Assembly (NCBI GenBank): GCA_947630065.1
Contig: CANRGE010000001.1
Location: forward strand, 88,281-152,280
Reading direction: 5' to 3'
Origin: an uncultured Clostridia bacterium
GTDB taxonomy: Bacteria; Bacillota; Clostridia; TANB77; CAG-508
DNA length: 64,000 bases
Position 1 is the first letter of the stretch; every line of letters begins with the position of its first letter. Below the pieces are notes generated by a model. That model worked only from the letters and a program-made list of their open reading frames with translations. It had not been told where the DNA came from and made no database searches. A program made the position numbers and the translations under genes. Shown here piece after piece: positions 48,388-58,365 of this stretch.

Positions 48388-48585
48388 TTAACCTACGACT
48401 TGTTTTGCCAATTTTAAAATTTTTCTTCTTCTTTTTCTTGGTAACTAACTAAAAGCATACAAAATATTAGTAACATAATCATCAAATTCTTCTTCTTCCT
48501 AAACTCCCATCAAATTTCCAAAGCCCATAATTTCAACAAAATTCATTTTCTTAAAACATTCTAAAAGCTTTTCTAATTCTTTCAC
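48388..48585 (-). CDS. Small hypothetical protein (65 aa)
   Basis: GTG overlaps the upstream TGA; open only with two TAG=Q. Confidence 0.55.
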
Positions 48586-49808
48586 AACATTTTCACCCCT
48601 TGCGGCGCAACATCATCATAAACAATAATTGGAAGTTTTAATCTTTTTCTTCTATCACATTCTTTACATCTATTGGTTAGTCCATCAACTGATTTATTCT
48701 TTTTAATAAAATTTCTGGAATCACGCAACTTTATGCTTTTACAACAAACACATTGTTTCCAAGCCTTTTCATAATCTTTTGCCAACCATTCATCATAATT
48801 AAGTTCTACAGCCTAAATTATTTTGTCCAAGGTCTTAACATAAATAGTGCTAATATAATTAGTCTGATGAAAAATTCCCAATTGTTTTACTAACTAATCC
48901 TAAATGTCTTTATTGCATTTTTGCTGTTTTTTTAGTTCTAAAATAAATTCTTGTTGAGGAGAAAGATTCGCCATTTTTTGATAAATTTCAAAAGTCCAGA
49001 TTAACTCCCACAACGGTGCAGCTTTTTCATCTTCTACAAAAGAAACTATATTAGCCCAGTTATTTATTAAGTAATATAAATGGGTTCTGTTTCTAAAATT
49101 AAAATAAATTTTGCCCTTACTATTCCATTCTTCTATTTCTTCATCAGTTACTGCAATAGCAGGTTCAGACTTATCATAAAAAGGTTTAATAAAATTGATG
49201 TCATTAGAACTTTTTGCTGTGCCGCGGGGCAAAACTGGATAAGTTAATTGAGAATTTAATGGGTCGCCATAGTACTTTAAGTAATTTTTTTCAGTACCTA
49301 TGACTGGATAAAACGAGTCCATTAAATAGTACTACTAAGTTCTAAGCTAAATAAGAAAATGTTTTAACAAATAAGCTTTTTTCTAATCAGTAAATTGTTT
49401 ATTTTTTTTCCTATTATTGCTGTTTAAAGCTGCTTGCCATTTATCAATTTCTTCCCAAAGCTCTTCCATTCCTGGAATTTGTTTAGCTTTTTCTTTATCA
49501 ATAGTTGGCTTAACTCTTTTATAGACAACATCATCATTCTAAAGCTAACATTCATCAAAACTTGGTGATTCCATTAGTTCATCTAAAGAAAGAAATTTTT
49601 GTTTTTGATAGGAATTAAATTTAGTTTTAATTTGAATTTCTTTGCGGTCTACTGATGATGTGCCATTATTATCTTTTCCATAAAGAATGTAATTGCTAAG
49701 AGTTTCAATTTCAAGAGGTGTTAAATTTGAATTACAATCTATAATATTTTTGACTTCTTTTAATCTATCTTTTGCAGAATAGATATTGAAGTCTAAATTA
49801 AATTTCAT
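48582..49808 (-). CDS. Putative DNA-binding regulator: sigma region-4-like HTH plus C-terminal Zn ribbon (408 aa)
   Basis: Three fragments in one frame; LSPQQEFILELK...NKDIQ...NYISTI, then KQCVCC...NRCKEC; first gene of the late block. Confidence 0.65.
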
Positions 49809-50095
49809 TTAATCACTCCTTTTGTTATTAAGGATTTATAAGAGAAAGAATGTTAATAAAAATATCAAAGAGAGAAATGTTATTAAAATTATAAAGAGAA
49901 AAAGAAGTTAATAAGAAAGAAATAATATTAAAAATAAGAATTAAGAGAAGAGAATTAAAAAACTAATATGAAATAGAAGAAAGAAAAGAGAATTTTAAAC
50001 TAATAAAGCTAATATTTAATAAAAAGAAAACTAATATGAAAATAACTTTATAACTTCTAAAATAACTTTATAATTTCTAAAATAACTTCTTTTAG

Positions 50096-50178
50096 TTCTT
50101 ATATTAACACTCGTAATTACTACGTAATTACTCATGTTAATATAAGAATGTTTAATAATGCTGACGCATTATTAAACA
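50096..50178. other. Two adjacent long perfect inverted repeats
   Basis: ttcttatattaaca...tgttaatataagaa (14-bp arms around gtaattac-tac-gtaattac) and tgtttaataatgc-tgac-gcattattaaaca (13-bp arms). Confidence 0.8.
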
Positions 50179-50264
50179 ACTATCTTATATTTTTAAATAT
50201 AATAATAATAATATATTAAAAATAATAAGAGTAATTTGTTGTTCCGAATTATTCTTCTAATAAT

Positions 50265-50293
50265 ATTATAACATGAAAAAGGTAATATGTCAA
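50265..50293 (-). promoter_or_regulatory. Consensus sigmaA promoter facing the late block
   Basis: TTGACA-17 nt-TATAAT with TG extension. Confidence 0.8.
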
Positions 50294-50317
50294 ATATTCA
50301 ATTTTATAAGTAAATAT

Positions 50318-50346
50318 TTGATTTTTTACAGAAAAAATGATATAAT
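50318..50346 (+). promoter_or_regulatory. Divergent sigmaA-type promoter with no adjacent ORF
   Basis: TTGATT-17 nt-TATAAT with TG extension. Confidence 0.6.
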
Positions 50347-50599
50347 ATTAAGAGAGAGAGAGAAAAAGAAGAAAAAGAGAGAAAAATAGAACTAAAATTT
50401 GAAAAAAAGGTTCAAGAATTTTTTGCCAGGATAACACGTGTTATATAACGAAAATTATTTGTTAAAAATTTTAACCCCCCGTAACATTTTGTTAATAAGC
50501 TGGAAATAGCCTGTTAATAAGCTGTTCATATCCCATTCATATTTTGTTTATAAGCTATATACAACCTGTTAATAGATTATTCATAAATCTTATAGTTAA

Positions 50600-51050
50600 A
50601 AAATTTTACTAATTAACAATTTGTTTACTTTTCATTCATTTTAACTTAATAATTAAAATATTTTATTAATTAACAGTTCAGTTACTTGTTGTTCATTTTA
50701 ATTTAATAATTAAAAGATTTTACTAATTAACAATTTGTTTACTTTTCATTCATTTTAACTTAATAATTAAAATATTTTACCAATCAATGATTTGTTAATA
50801 ATTAAAATATTTGACTAATTAATGGCTTATTATTTATTTGTTAATAATTAAAAGATTGTACTAATTAAAGATTTTATGCTTGTTTGTTAATGTTTATTTC
50901 ATATTTTACGTTTAGAAAAAAATTACTAATTGTTAATATTTATTTCATATTTCACATTCACAAAAAATTACTGATTGTTAATACTTACTTAATATTTTCT
51001 GTTCAGATAAAAGTTACTAATTGTTAATACTTATTTAATATTTCACACAA
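50600..51050. repeat. AT-rich direct repeats (possible origin/iteron region)
   Basis: ~60-bp unit ttttactaattaacaatttgtttacttttcattcattttaacttaataattaaaatatttta at ~50605 and ~50718; ~45-bp-period ttgttaata(t/c)ttat units at ~50885-51045. Confidence 0.7.
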
Positions 51051-51271
51051 ATGCTTTATAGTATATATTATTTATGTAATAAAACATTTTAAGTATGATT
51101 AGATTTTTAGTGTATATTCTTTAATAATAAATATTGATAAATACTTAAACACTAAAAATATATTTTTATTAGCAATGATATTTATAAATATACTGTTAGT
51201 CTTTGTGCAATATCACCAAAAAACACTTTGAAAATAAATGATTTTTCGTCACATTTTTTTTTCAAAAACTA

Positions 51272-51300
51272 TTGACATAAAGACGCTTTTGTGGTATAAT
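51272..51300 (+). promoter_or_regulatory. sigmaA promoter
   Basis: TTGACA-17-TATAAT with TG extension. Confidence 0.85.
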
Positions 51301-51355
51301 ATATATAGTGAAAAGAACAATCACTATAAAATCGATTAGAGAGGATTTGAACGGT

Positions 51356-51862
51356 ATGCGACAAATTAAACCACCAACACAAGAGGAAACGGCAGCTTTT
51401 AACAAGTATCACCACTACTCAAAGGCTCACACTTATTGCATCGGTTATGTAATGGACGGTTACGTTCGTTATATAATGGCGAAGAAAGAGGATTTGGCTT
51501 TGTGCATAGGCTTTGACACGCAAAGTCAGACCAATAAGACATTGCGTTTTCAACCTGCAAAACAGACTTTGCAGGAGCTGGAAAAGAAAAAAGGCTTTGA
51601 AAATTTGTGCACAACAGACGAATTCAGAGTAGCTTTGGATAAGCTGAGAGAAAGCACAGGAAAAAGCTACAATAGAGGACAATTATTTGAAAAGCTGATA
51701 TATAACAGATATAATCAGCTTTGGCAGCATAATTCAACACCATTCTTTGAAAAAGGTGACATCACAATAAATGGTGTAGAAATACAGATTAAGTACAACA
51801 AAGCCACGTTTTGCAGCTTGAAAACGCTTGAAGAGCTTGAAAAGCTTGAAAAAGCTGAATAA
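51356..51862 (+). CDS. Hypothetical protein, possible restriction-endonuclease-like fold
   Basis: ATG at 51356 after GAGGA; YNRGQLFEK...KGDITINGVEIQIK; no in-frame TAG. Confidence 0.7.
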   Translation: MRQIKPPTQEETAAFNKYHHYSKAHTYCIGYVMDGYVRYIMAKKEDLALCIGFDTQSQTNKTLRFQPAKQTLQELEKKKGFENLCTTDEFRVALDKLRESTGKSYNRGQLFEKLIYNRYNQLWQHNSTPFFEKGDITINGVEIQIKYNKATFCSLKTLEELEKLEKAE

Positions 51863-51941
51863 AAAACGGACAAAAAATCGGTATAGGTCGCCTGCGGTAT
51901 GGGCGGGCTGACCCCGATATAATAAGAAAGGTTGATAAAAT

Positions 51942-52190
51942 ATGGAATACGTTGAGAAAATCAATAGCCTGCTGGATAGCCTGTACAATGAGGTTTCAAC
52001 CCAAGAGGACATAAGAGAATCGGAAATTAAGTGTCTTGAATGGGAGCTGGACAATGTTAAAAAGCAGAAAGTACGTGCAGTTGACCGATTGACCCAAACA
52101 ATCTGGGAACTTGATGATAAGAATGACCTCTTAGAAAAAAGAGTACAAGAGCTGAAAAAAGAAAACGAGGAACTGAAAACGTGGATTTAA
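51942..52190 (+). CDS. Small coiled-coil protein
   Basis: AAAGG RBS; heptad-rich sequence. Confidence 0.75.
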   Translation: MEYVEKINSLLDSLYNEVSTQEDIRESEIKCLEWELDNVKKQKVRAVDRLTQTIWELDDKNDLLEKRVQELKKENEELKTWI

Positions 52191-52376
52191 ACCCTGCGTG
52201 AAGTGGTTTACAAGCTGACCCAAATCTAACCCCTGTTAAACGTCAGCTAACAAAAGTTCATTAACCGCCGCCGCAAGGCGGACGGGGAAAATGAACAAAG
52301 ACATTTTTTGTAAAAAGTGGTATAATATTATTAGTGAGGGGGAAAAGAACCCCGAAAATAGAAAGAGGTTGATGTC

Positions 52377-52877
52377 ATGAGAGTTTCAGAGATTGAGGAA
52401 AGAATCCGCAACGCGGAAGAATTATTAACCAGCTTACGCAATGAATTGCAGCAGGCAAAAGCAGCGGAAATTTTCAACCGCGTTCCTGAGGGGGAATCTT
52501 ACTACACCGTTTTTCTTAATATCTATGGTGCAGTAACAGAAAATAACATAGACGATTACGACCCATGGGACGATACTGCTGTTGAAAACAACAATTATTT
52601 CCGTTCAGAGGAGAGAGCGTGTCAAGTAGCGGACAAAATCAGTTATTTGCTTTTAATAGAGAGGGTGCATGATATTTTTTGTCCCGATTATACCCCAAAT
52701 TGGGATACTAACGAAAATAAATACTTCGTTATGTATAACCATACGGATAGGAAATATACAGAAACAATGACAAGACAGAACCAGAATTTAACACAAACTT
52801 ATTTTCCAGATAGAGCGACCGCACAGAGGGCGTGTGACTATCTAAATACACACTATAATTTTTGGGAAGAGGAATAA
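52377..52877 (+). CDS. Hypothetical phage protein
   Basis: GAGG RBS; extended -10 TGGTATAAT at 52318; terminator hairpin at 52894-52916. Confidence 0.8.
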   Translation: MRVSEIEERIRNAEELLTSLRNELQQAKAAEIFNRVPEGESYYTVFLNIYGAVTENNIDDYDPWDDTAVENNNYFRSEERACQVADKISYLLLIERVHDIFCPDYTPNWDTNENKYFVMYNHTDRKYTETMTRQNQNLTQTYFPDRATAQRACDYLNTHYNFWEEE

Positions 52878-53908
52878 GACTGTAATATAACAAAGGTGAG
52901 GAGTAAAATCCTCACCGAATTATTATATAAATATAACATACTATAAGATAACGACAGGTTATAACAGTTATTATATAACTATTGTAACTCCCTGTGTGAT
53001 GTTATAACATAAGGTGTTATAAAAAAAATATGCCGTTTGCCACTTTGTTAATTCTTTATTTATGCTTGTATGGAACGTTAATTGTGCTAATACATTATTA
53101 TATTTAAAATTGATTTTATTTTTCTTATAAATTCTTAATAAAAATTTTATAATTTTCAAAAGTTTGATACCCCTTTTGAAAAATTTACCATCTTTTATTT
53201 ATCCCGATTAAAAAATTACTGCCCCTATTATATAATATAAATTTTTCTATTTGTTATAACATTTATTATTATATAACCCCTCTTATATAAACATAAATGA
53301 CTTACTGTTAATATAACAGTTGGTATTACATTGCCAGTTATATAATATAAGTTACTCCCTACAATATATAACATAGTAAAATATATAAAACCTCTTATAT
53401 AACATTTGTTTCTTTATTTAATTATAATACTTACTGTTATACTACCCCGTTATATAACATAAATTATTTTTATAAAATATAACATTTATTATTATATCAC
53501 TGTTATATAACAATTTTTATATTTTATATTATAACATAATAAAATATATGACCCGTTATATAACATAAGTAATTACCTGTTTGTTATAACAGTTGTTGTT
53601 ACATTATTGTTATTATATAATGTTAGTTACATTTTTCTTGTTATATAACACCCTTGTTATATAACCTCTGTTATATAATGAGCTATAAATAATATATATT
53701 ATATAATTCTTGTTATATTATTTATGTTGTATACCACTGATATAATTATTATATTATATAACTACTAATATATTTTCCTTGTTATATAACATAGTACCGC
53801 CGCACTTTAGCAATTTAGTATATTAAAATGTATTACAATATATTATACTTCAAGCCTGCTTACCGATATTTTAATAAAAAAGTTCATAAACCTTTTAAGA
53901 AATTTTCA

Positions 53909-53937
53909 TTGACATTTACCGTAAAAAATGATATAAT
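53909..53937 (+). promoter_or_regulatory. sigmaA promoter
   Basis: TTGACA-17-TATAAT with TG extension. Confidence 0.85.
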
Positions 53938-53984
53938 ATTATTAGTAAAGGGGAAGAACCCCGAAATAGAAAGGATTTGGTGTT

Positions 53985-54164
53985 ATGAGAAAGAATTTCA
54001 CAAATGAAATAATGGGTGAAGCAATAAAAATTTTAAAGGCTAATCCCGATGCATGGGATAATCCCAGCTTTGTACGCCTTGTGAGGAAAATTCAAGAGGT
54101 GTTTGATGAAGAAACTGATTATATTTTACAACAAATGTCACAAGAATGTGATGATAATTTTTAA
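53985..54164 (+). CDS. Small hypothetical protein (59 aa; below ORF-track cutoff)
   Basis: Own promoter, AAAGGA RBS, MRKNFTNEIMGEAIKIL..., terminator agataagga-ttcg-tccttatct-tttt at 54173. Confidence 0.75.
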   Translation: MRKNFTNEIMGEAIKILKANPDAWDNPSFVRLVRKIQEVFDEETDYILQQMSQECDDNF

Positions 54165-54530
54165 TTGATGAAAGATAAGGATTCGTCCTTATCTTTTTTG
54201 TTATATAAATATATTATTCCCTATATGAAAAATAACACGTGTTATTTATTCTCCGTATTCTTAACAAAAAGTTCATAAACCTTTTAAGAAATTTTCATTG
54301 ACATTTACCGTAAAAATGATATTATAACATAGTAAATTATATAACCCCTATTATATAATATAAGTAATTACCTACTTGTTATAACAGTTGGTATTATATA
54401 AAATCTATTATATAATAGTCGTTACATTTCCTTTGTTATAATATTTATTGTTATATTACTTCATTATATAATAAATAATATGTAATGTATTTTATATAAC
54501 GGGTGATATATAAATTATATTATATAACTA

Positions 54531-54645
54531 CTGATATAATTTTTTATGTTATATATCTTCTGATATAATTTTTTATGTTATATATCTTCTGATATAATTT
54601 TTTATGTTATATATCTTCTGATATAATTTTTTATGTTATATAACT
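54531..54645. repeat. 29-bp tandem repeat x4
   Basis: ctgatataattttttatgttatatatctt repeated. Confidence 0.85.
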
Positions 54646-54789
54646 ACTAAAATATTTCTTCTATTATATAATTTATGTTTCGCTCACTTTAACATATTAA
54701 ATTATTAAAATATGACGACATATGTTATACTTAAAATTTGCTCACCGATATTTTAATAAAAAATTCATAAACCTTTTAAGAAAATTTCA

Positions 54790-54818
54790 TTGACTTTGGC
54801 GGCGAAAAGTAGTATAAT
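54790..54818 (+). promoter_or_regulatory. sigmaA promoter
   Basis: TTGACT-17-TATAAT. Confidence 0.8.
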
Positions 54819-54847
54819 ATATAATGTAAGGAGGAGAGGTGATAAAA

Positions 54848-54961
54848 ATGAGATATTGGTATCATCTGGATAGCGGACTTGTCCGCGAAACAGAGGTGAA
54901 CGTGATGCCCCTCGCGTGGATTGAAATAACACGTGAGATGTACGAAGATTTGATAAAATAG
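54848..54961 (+). CDS. 37-aa hypothetical protein apparently ending in TAG
   Basis: GAGGTGAT RBS; MRYWYHLDSGLVRETEVNVMPLAWIEITREMYEDLIK; the TAG is followed directly by the GGAGGT RBS of the next gene. Confidence 0.65.
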   Translation: MRYWYHLDSGLVRETEVNVMPLAWIEITREMYEDLIK

Positions 54962-54974
54962 GGAGGTATTATTT

Positions 54975-55172
54975 ATGTACGGGGTTTTTTATAGGACGGG
55001 CTACTTTTCTGCTGATTTAGAGGAGATTTATTCCACTAAAGAAGAGGCAGAAAAAGCCATCAAAAACATCAATTATTTGCTGGAAGAGTTTTGTGGCTAT
55101 TACATTATGAGATATTTTGTTGAAAAGTTGAGTGACAAAATCACAACAACAATAATAGATTGGGAGGAGTGA
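54975..55172 (+). CDS. Small hypothetical protein (YSTKEEAEKA motif)
   Basis: GGAGGT RBS; terminator aaagtggaat-tta-attccacttt-tttt at 55179. Confidence 0.75.
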   Translation: MYGVFYRTGYFSADLEEIYSTKEEAEKAIKNINYLLEEFCGYYIMRYFVEKLSDKITTTIIDWEE

Positions 55173-55207
55173 TAGCATAAAGTGGAATTTAATTCCACTT
55201 TTTTTAA

Positions 55208-55339
55208 TGTGTTATATAACAGTTGTTATTCAAAATAATAATACGTGTTATATAACAGTTGTTATCCAAAATAATAATACGTGTTATATAACAGTTGTTA
55301 TCCAAAATAATAATACGTGTTATATAACAGTTGTTATCC
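55208..55339. repeat. 36-bp tandem repeat x3.5 containing GTTATATAAC
   Basis: gtgttatataacagttgttatccaaaataataatac repeated. Confidence 0.88.
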
Positions 55340-55510
55340 CACACAGGTTATAACATCTGTTATGTAACATAAGTATCTCCCTGTGTGATTTTATAACAGA
55401 TGTTATATAACATCAGTATTTTACAATGATATAATATAACATAGTGTATAATATTATACTGTAAAAAAATAGTATGTAAGTTATATATCAACCTACATAC
55501 TATAATTATG

Positions 55511-55630
55511 TTATATAACTAACAATAATACAATAAACCAAAATACCAAAATTATTGTTATATCAACCCAGAAATAAAAGTCCTCTAATTTTCCCCTTTT
55601 TTGAAAATATCTTTTTATTTTATAATACAT
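55511..55630 (-). CDS. 39-aa single-pass membrane peptide
   Basis: GGAGAGGT RBS; MYYKIKRYFQKRGKLEDFYFWVDITIILVFWFIVLLLVI; the TAA lies within a GTTATATAAC copy. Confidence 0.6.
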   Translation of the reverse strand: MYYKIKRYFQKRGKLEDFYFWVDITIILVFWFIVLLLVI

Positions 55631-55645
55631 GATATATACCTCTCC

Positions 55646-56122
55646 TTATAAATCTTTGCTTTCTGTTACGAAATATTTAACATCATATTTCTTTATAATC
55701 TCTCGAATTGCGGAACTTTCTTTCTGATTTTTAGTGTAAATATTAAACAAGCAGATATTTGTAGTACAATTGATTTTTGTGAAAGGTATACTAACGTTAG
55801 TTAGAACATTTGACAATTGTTCAGCAAATTCATTTTTCACTGTACATTCAATTTTCCATAACTTTTCTTTTTTCAATCTTTCCTCAATAGACTTTACAAT
55901 GTAAACGCCTATCAAATTACAGCCGCCGACTATCACAGCTTTTAATATTAGAGATAATTCACACGTCATATAAACCAATACCACCGTATAAAGTCCATAT
56001 GCTATGGCATTACTCCATGCCGCCACCCATTTGTTACCCTTAATTGTCAAAAGGGACTTAATTGTCTGAATGATAACATTCAAGACATTTAGTATTACGA
56101 ATGTGATAAATAATTTACTCAT
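55646..56122 (-). CDS. Membrane protein, DUF5698/UPF0316-like
   Basis: Hydrophobic N-terminus LNVLNVIIQTIKSLLTIKGNKWVAA...AYGLYTVVL...NLIGVY plus a small soluble domain; own promoter TTGACT-17-TATAAT at 56162-56190. Confidence 0.75.
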   Translation of the reverse strand: MSKLFITFVILNVLNVIIQTIKSLLTIKGNKWVAAWSNAIAYGLYTVVLVYMTCELSLILKAVIVGGCNLIGVYIVKSIEERLKKEKLWKIECTVKNEFAEQLSNVLTNVSIPFTKINCTTNICLFNIYTKNQKESSAIREIIKKYDVKYFVTESKDL

Positions 56123-56666
56123 TCTATCAATCCTTTCTTTTATTTTCCCTCTCTATTATATATTATATCATAAATTCACGGATAAGTCAATAGTTTTGAG
56201 TGTAAAATTTTTAGAAAAATAACACATATTTTTTGTGCAATATTACAATTGACTTTCATGAAATATAATAGATGTTATTCTTACATAAATCTTATTTAAT
56301 ATAAATATAACATACTATAAGATAACGGTAGGTTATAACAGTTATTATATAACTCTTATAATTCCCTGTGTGATGTTATAACATAAGGTGTTATAATATT
56401 ATTCCCTAAAAATTTTAAGAATAATGAATAATGTAATAATAAAGCAAGGACTAAAATCCTTGCTGAATTACTATAATAATATAACATACTATAAGATATA
56501 ATTATATTGCTTATTATAATTTTATATGTTGTATAATATTTGTTACTTCTAAAGTTATAATATATGTTTTATAACATTTGTTTCTCTCTGCTATATATAA
56601 CATAAATTGTTCTATAACAATTGTTATATAACAAAAGAAAAGAAAAGGGCTTTACAGCCCTTTATA

Positions 56667-56819
56667 TTATGGTAACATCTCATACACCTCCAAATCACAT
56701 TTTCCAGAACAATTACGTACGTAATCAATTATGATTGTTATTGCTTCATCTTTTGTGACGTTTTTTGCCACCGTAACAACATTGCTTCCGTACAAGTCAA
56801 TAATAAAATATTGTTTCAT
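56667..56819 (-). CDS. 50-aa hypothetical protein
   Basis: AAGGTGGT RBS; own promoter TTGACA-17-TATAAT at 56869-56897 (the ORF-track start overlaps the -35); terminator at 56644-56663. Confidence 0.7.
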   Translation of the reverse strand: MKQYFIIDLYGSNVVTVAKNVTKDEAITIIIDYVRNCSGKCDLEVYEMLP

Positions 56820-57223
56820 ATTAGTAACCACCTTTTTATTTTTTAGAGATTCCCTCTCTCTATTATATATTATATCACTTTTAATCGTGTTTGTCAATAG
56901 TTTTGAATGTAAAAATTTTAGAAAAATAACATATGTTTTTTATGCAATATTACTAATTGATTTTTATAAAGTATAATAAAGATTATTTTATACAAAATTT
57001 TGAGTATAATATAACATACTATAAGATAACGACAGGTTATAACAGTTATTATATAACTATTGTAACTCCCTGTGTGATGTTATAACATATTATGTTATAT
57101 AACATTAGTTTCTCTCTATGATTATAACATAATATGTTATATAACATTAGTAATAACCTACGTTATAACACATTGTGTTATATAATGTTTATTATATAAC
57201 ATAGACTAATATATTAAGTAGAT

Positions 57224-57486
57224 AACGCTTGTTATATAACAACGTGAGCTGCAATACATTTGTTATATAACTAAAATTATGTGAGCTGCAACACGCTTGT
57301 TATATAACAACGTGAGCTGCAATACATTTGTTATATAACTAAAATTATGTGAGCTGCAACACGCTTGTTATATAACAACGTGAGCTGCGAGCTGTTATAT
57401 AACAAATAGAATAATATGAGCTGTTATATAACAATAAATATGATGTGAGCTGTTATATAACAAATAGAATAATATGAGCTGTTATT
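57224..57486. repeat. Tandem array alternating GTTATATAAC and GTGAGCTG(CA)
   Basis: 67-bp unit present about 2.5 times, followed by ~29-bp gagctgttatataacaa units. Confidence 0.9.
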
Positions 57487-58014
57487 TATCATAAACATTA
57501 TATAACAATAATAATATATAAAAAGTTATACAACTACAAACATATAATCAATATTATATTATAACAGTAATATTAAAAATGTTATGTAACAAAAATAATA
57601 TTAAAGACATTATATAACGGCAATAATAGATTAAAAGAATTAACTAATTAAAAAATATTTTGCAAAAAATTAAGAAAATATCTATTGACTACTTATTGAC
57701 ATAATAACAAGAAAAAATTATACTTTTTAATTTAATTTTTTAATAACACCAATAATCATTAACAATAGTCAAAAAACAAACAAAAACAAATATTATACAT
57801 AATTTTTTTTATTTAGAAAAATTAACTAATTTAAAAAACTTTATAAAAAACTTAACAGAAATTCCATTGCTTTTATTTTCTGAATGTGGTATAATAATAA
57901 TGTAAGGAGGGAACAGTACAAAAGAATAAAGAGCGTGAGTGCTAAAAACAGTGTACTATGGGCTTCTTTACAAAACATTCACATTTCTTTAACATTAAGG
58001 AAAGAGGTATTTCT

Positions 58015-58365
58015 ATGACAAAGGTTGAATTTTTTGAAATGGTAATAAACGGCGACGAAATCACCGAGGTTATGAAACAGTACGCCCAATCGGAACTTGA
58101 AAAAATTGAAATAGGCAAACAGAAACGCCGCGAACGTACGACCGAAAAACAAAAAACAAACACTGTTATAAAAGAACGTATACTGAAACTGCTGAAAGAG
58201 GACGGCAAACAGTCTGTAAGAACTATAGCAGATGTTATGGAACTTTCGACCCAAAAAATTTCTGCCCTTATGGGTCAGTTGGTAAAAGACGGTTATGTAA
58301 CAACGCAAAAAGAAAAATTTAAGGAATCGTCAACAAAAGTTTACACTTACGAAATAAAGCAGTAA
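58015..58365 (+). CDS. Winged-HTH DNA-binding protein, paralog A
   Basis: RILKLLKEDGKQSVRTIADVMELSTQKISALMGQLVKDGYV; ATG at 58015 after GAGGT; promoter TTGCTT-17-TATAAT at 57867-57895. Confidence 0.82.
   Translation: MTKVEFFEMVINGDEITEVMKQYAQSELEKIEIGKQKRRERTTEKQKTNTVIKERILKLLKEDGKQSVRTIADVMELSTQKISALMGQLVKDGYVTTQKEKFKESSTKVYTYEIKQ

Noticed and set aside
5714-49808. Mass pseudogenisation or sequencing errors as the cause of fragmented ORFs
   Set aside because: Breaks are always TAG, frames are preserved across kilobases, and TAG aligns with Gln in paralogs.
1-49808. TGA reassignment (code 4/25)
   Set aside because: TGA occurs at true gene ends (e.g. 484, 3436, 5714, 39547, 44093), adjacent to the next RBS or start.
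51880-52295. tRNA or suppressor tRNA in the GC-rich hairpins at ~51885 and ~52265
   Set aside because: No cloverleaf, T-loop GTTC arm or CTA anticodon loop; no tRNA was recognised anywhere in the window.
57224-57486. CRISPR array
   Set aside because: The intervening sequences are themselves duplicated, so it is a tandem repeat.
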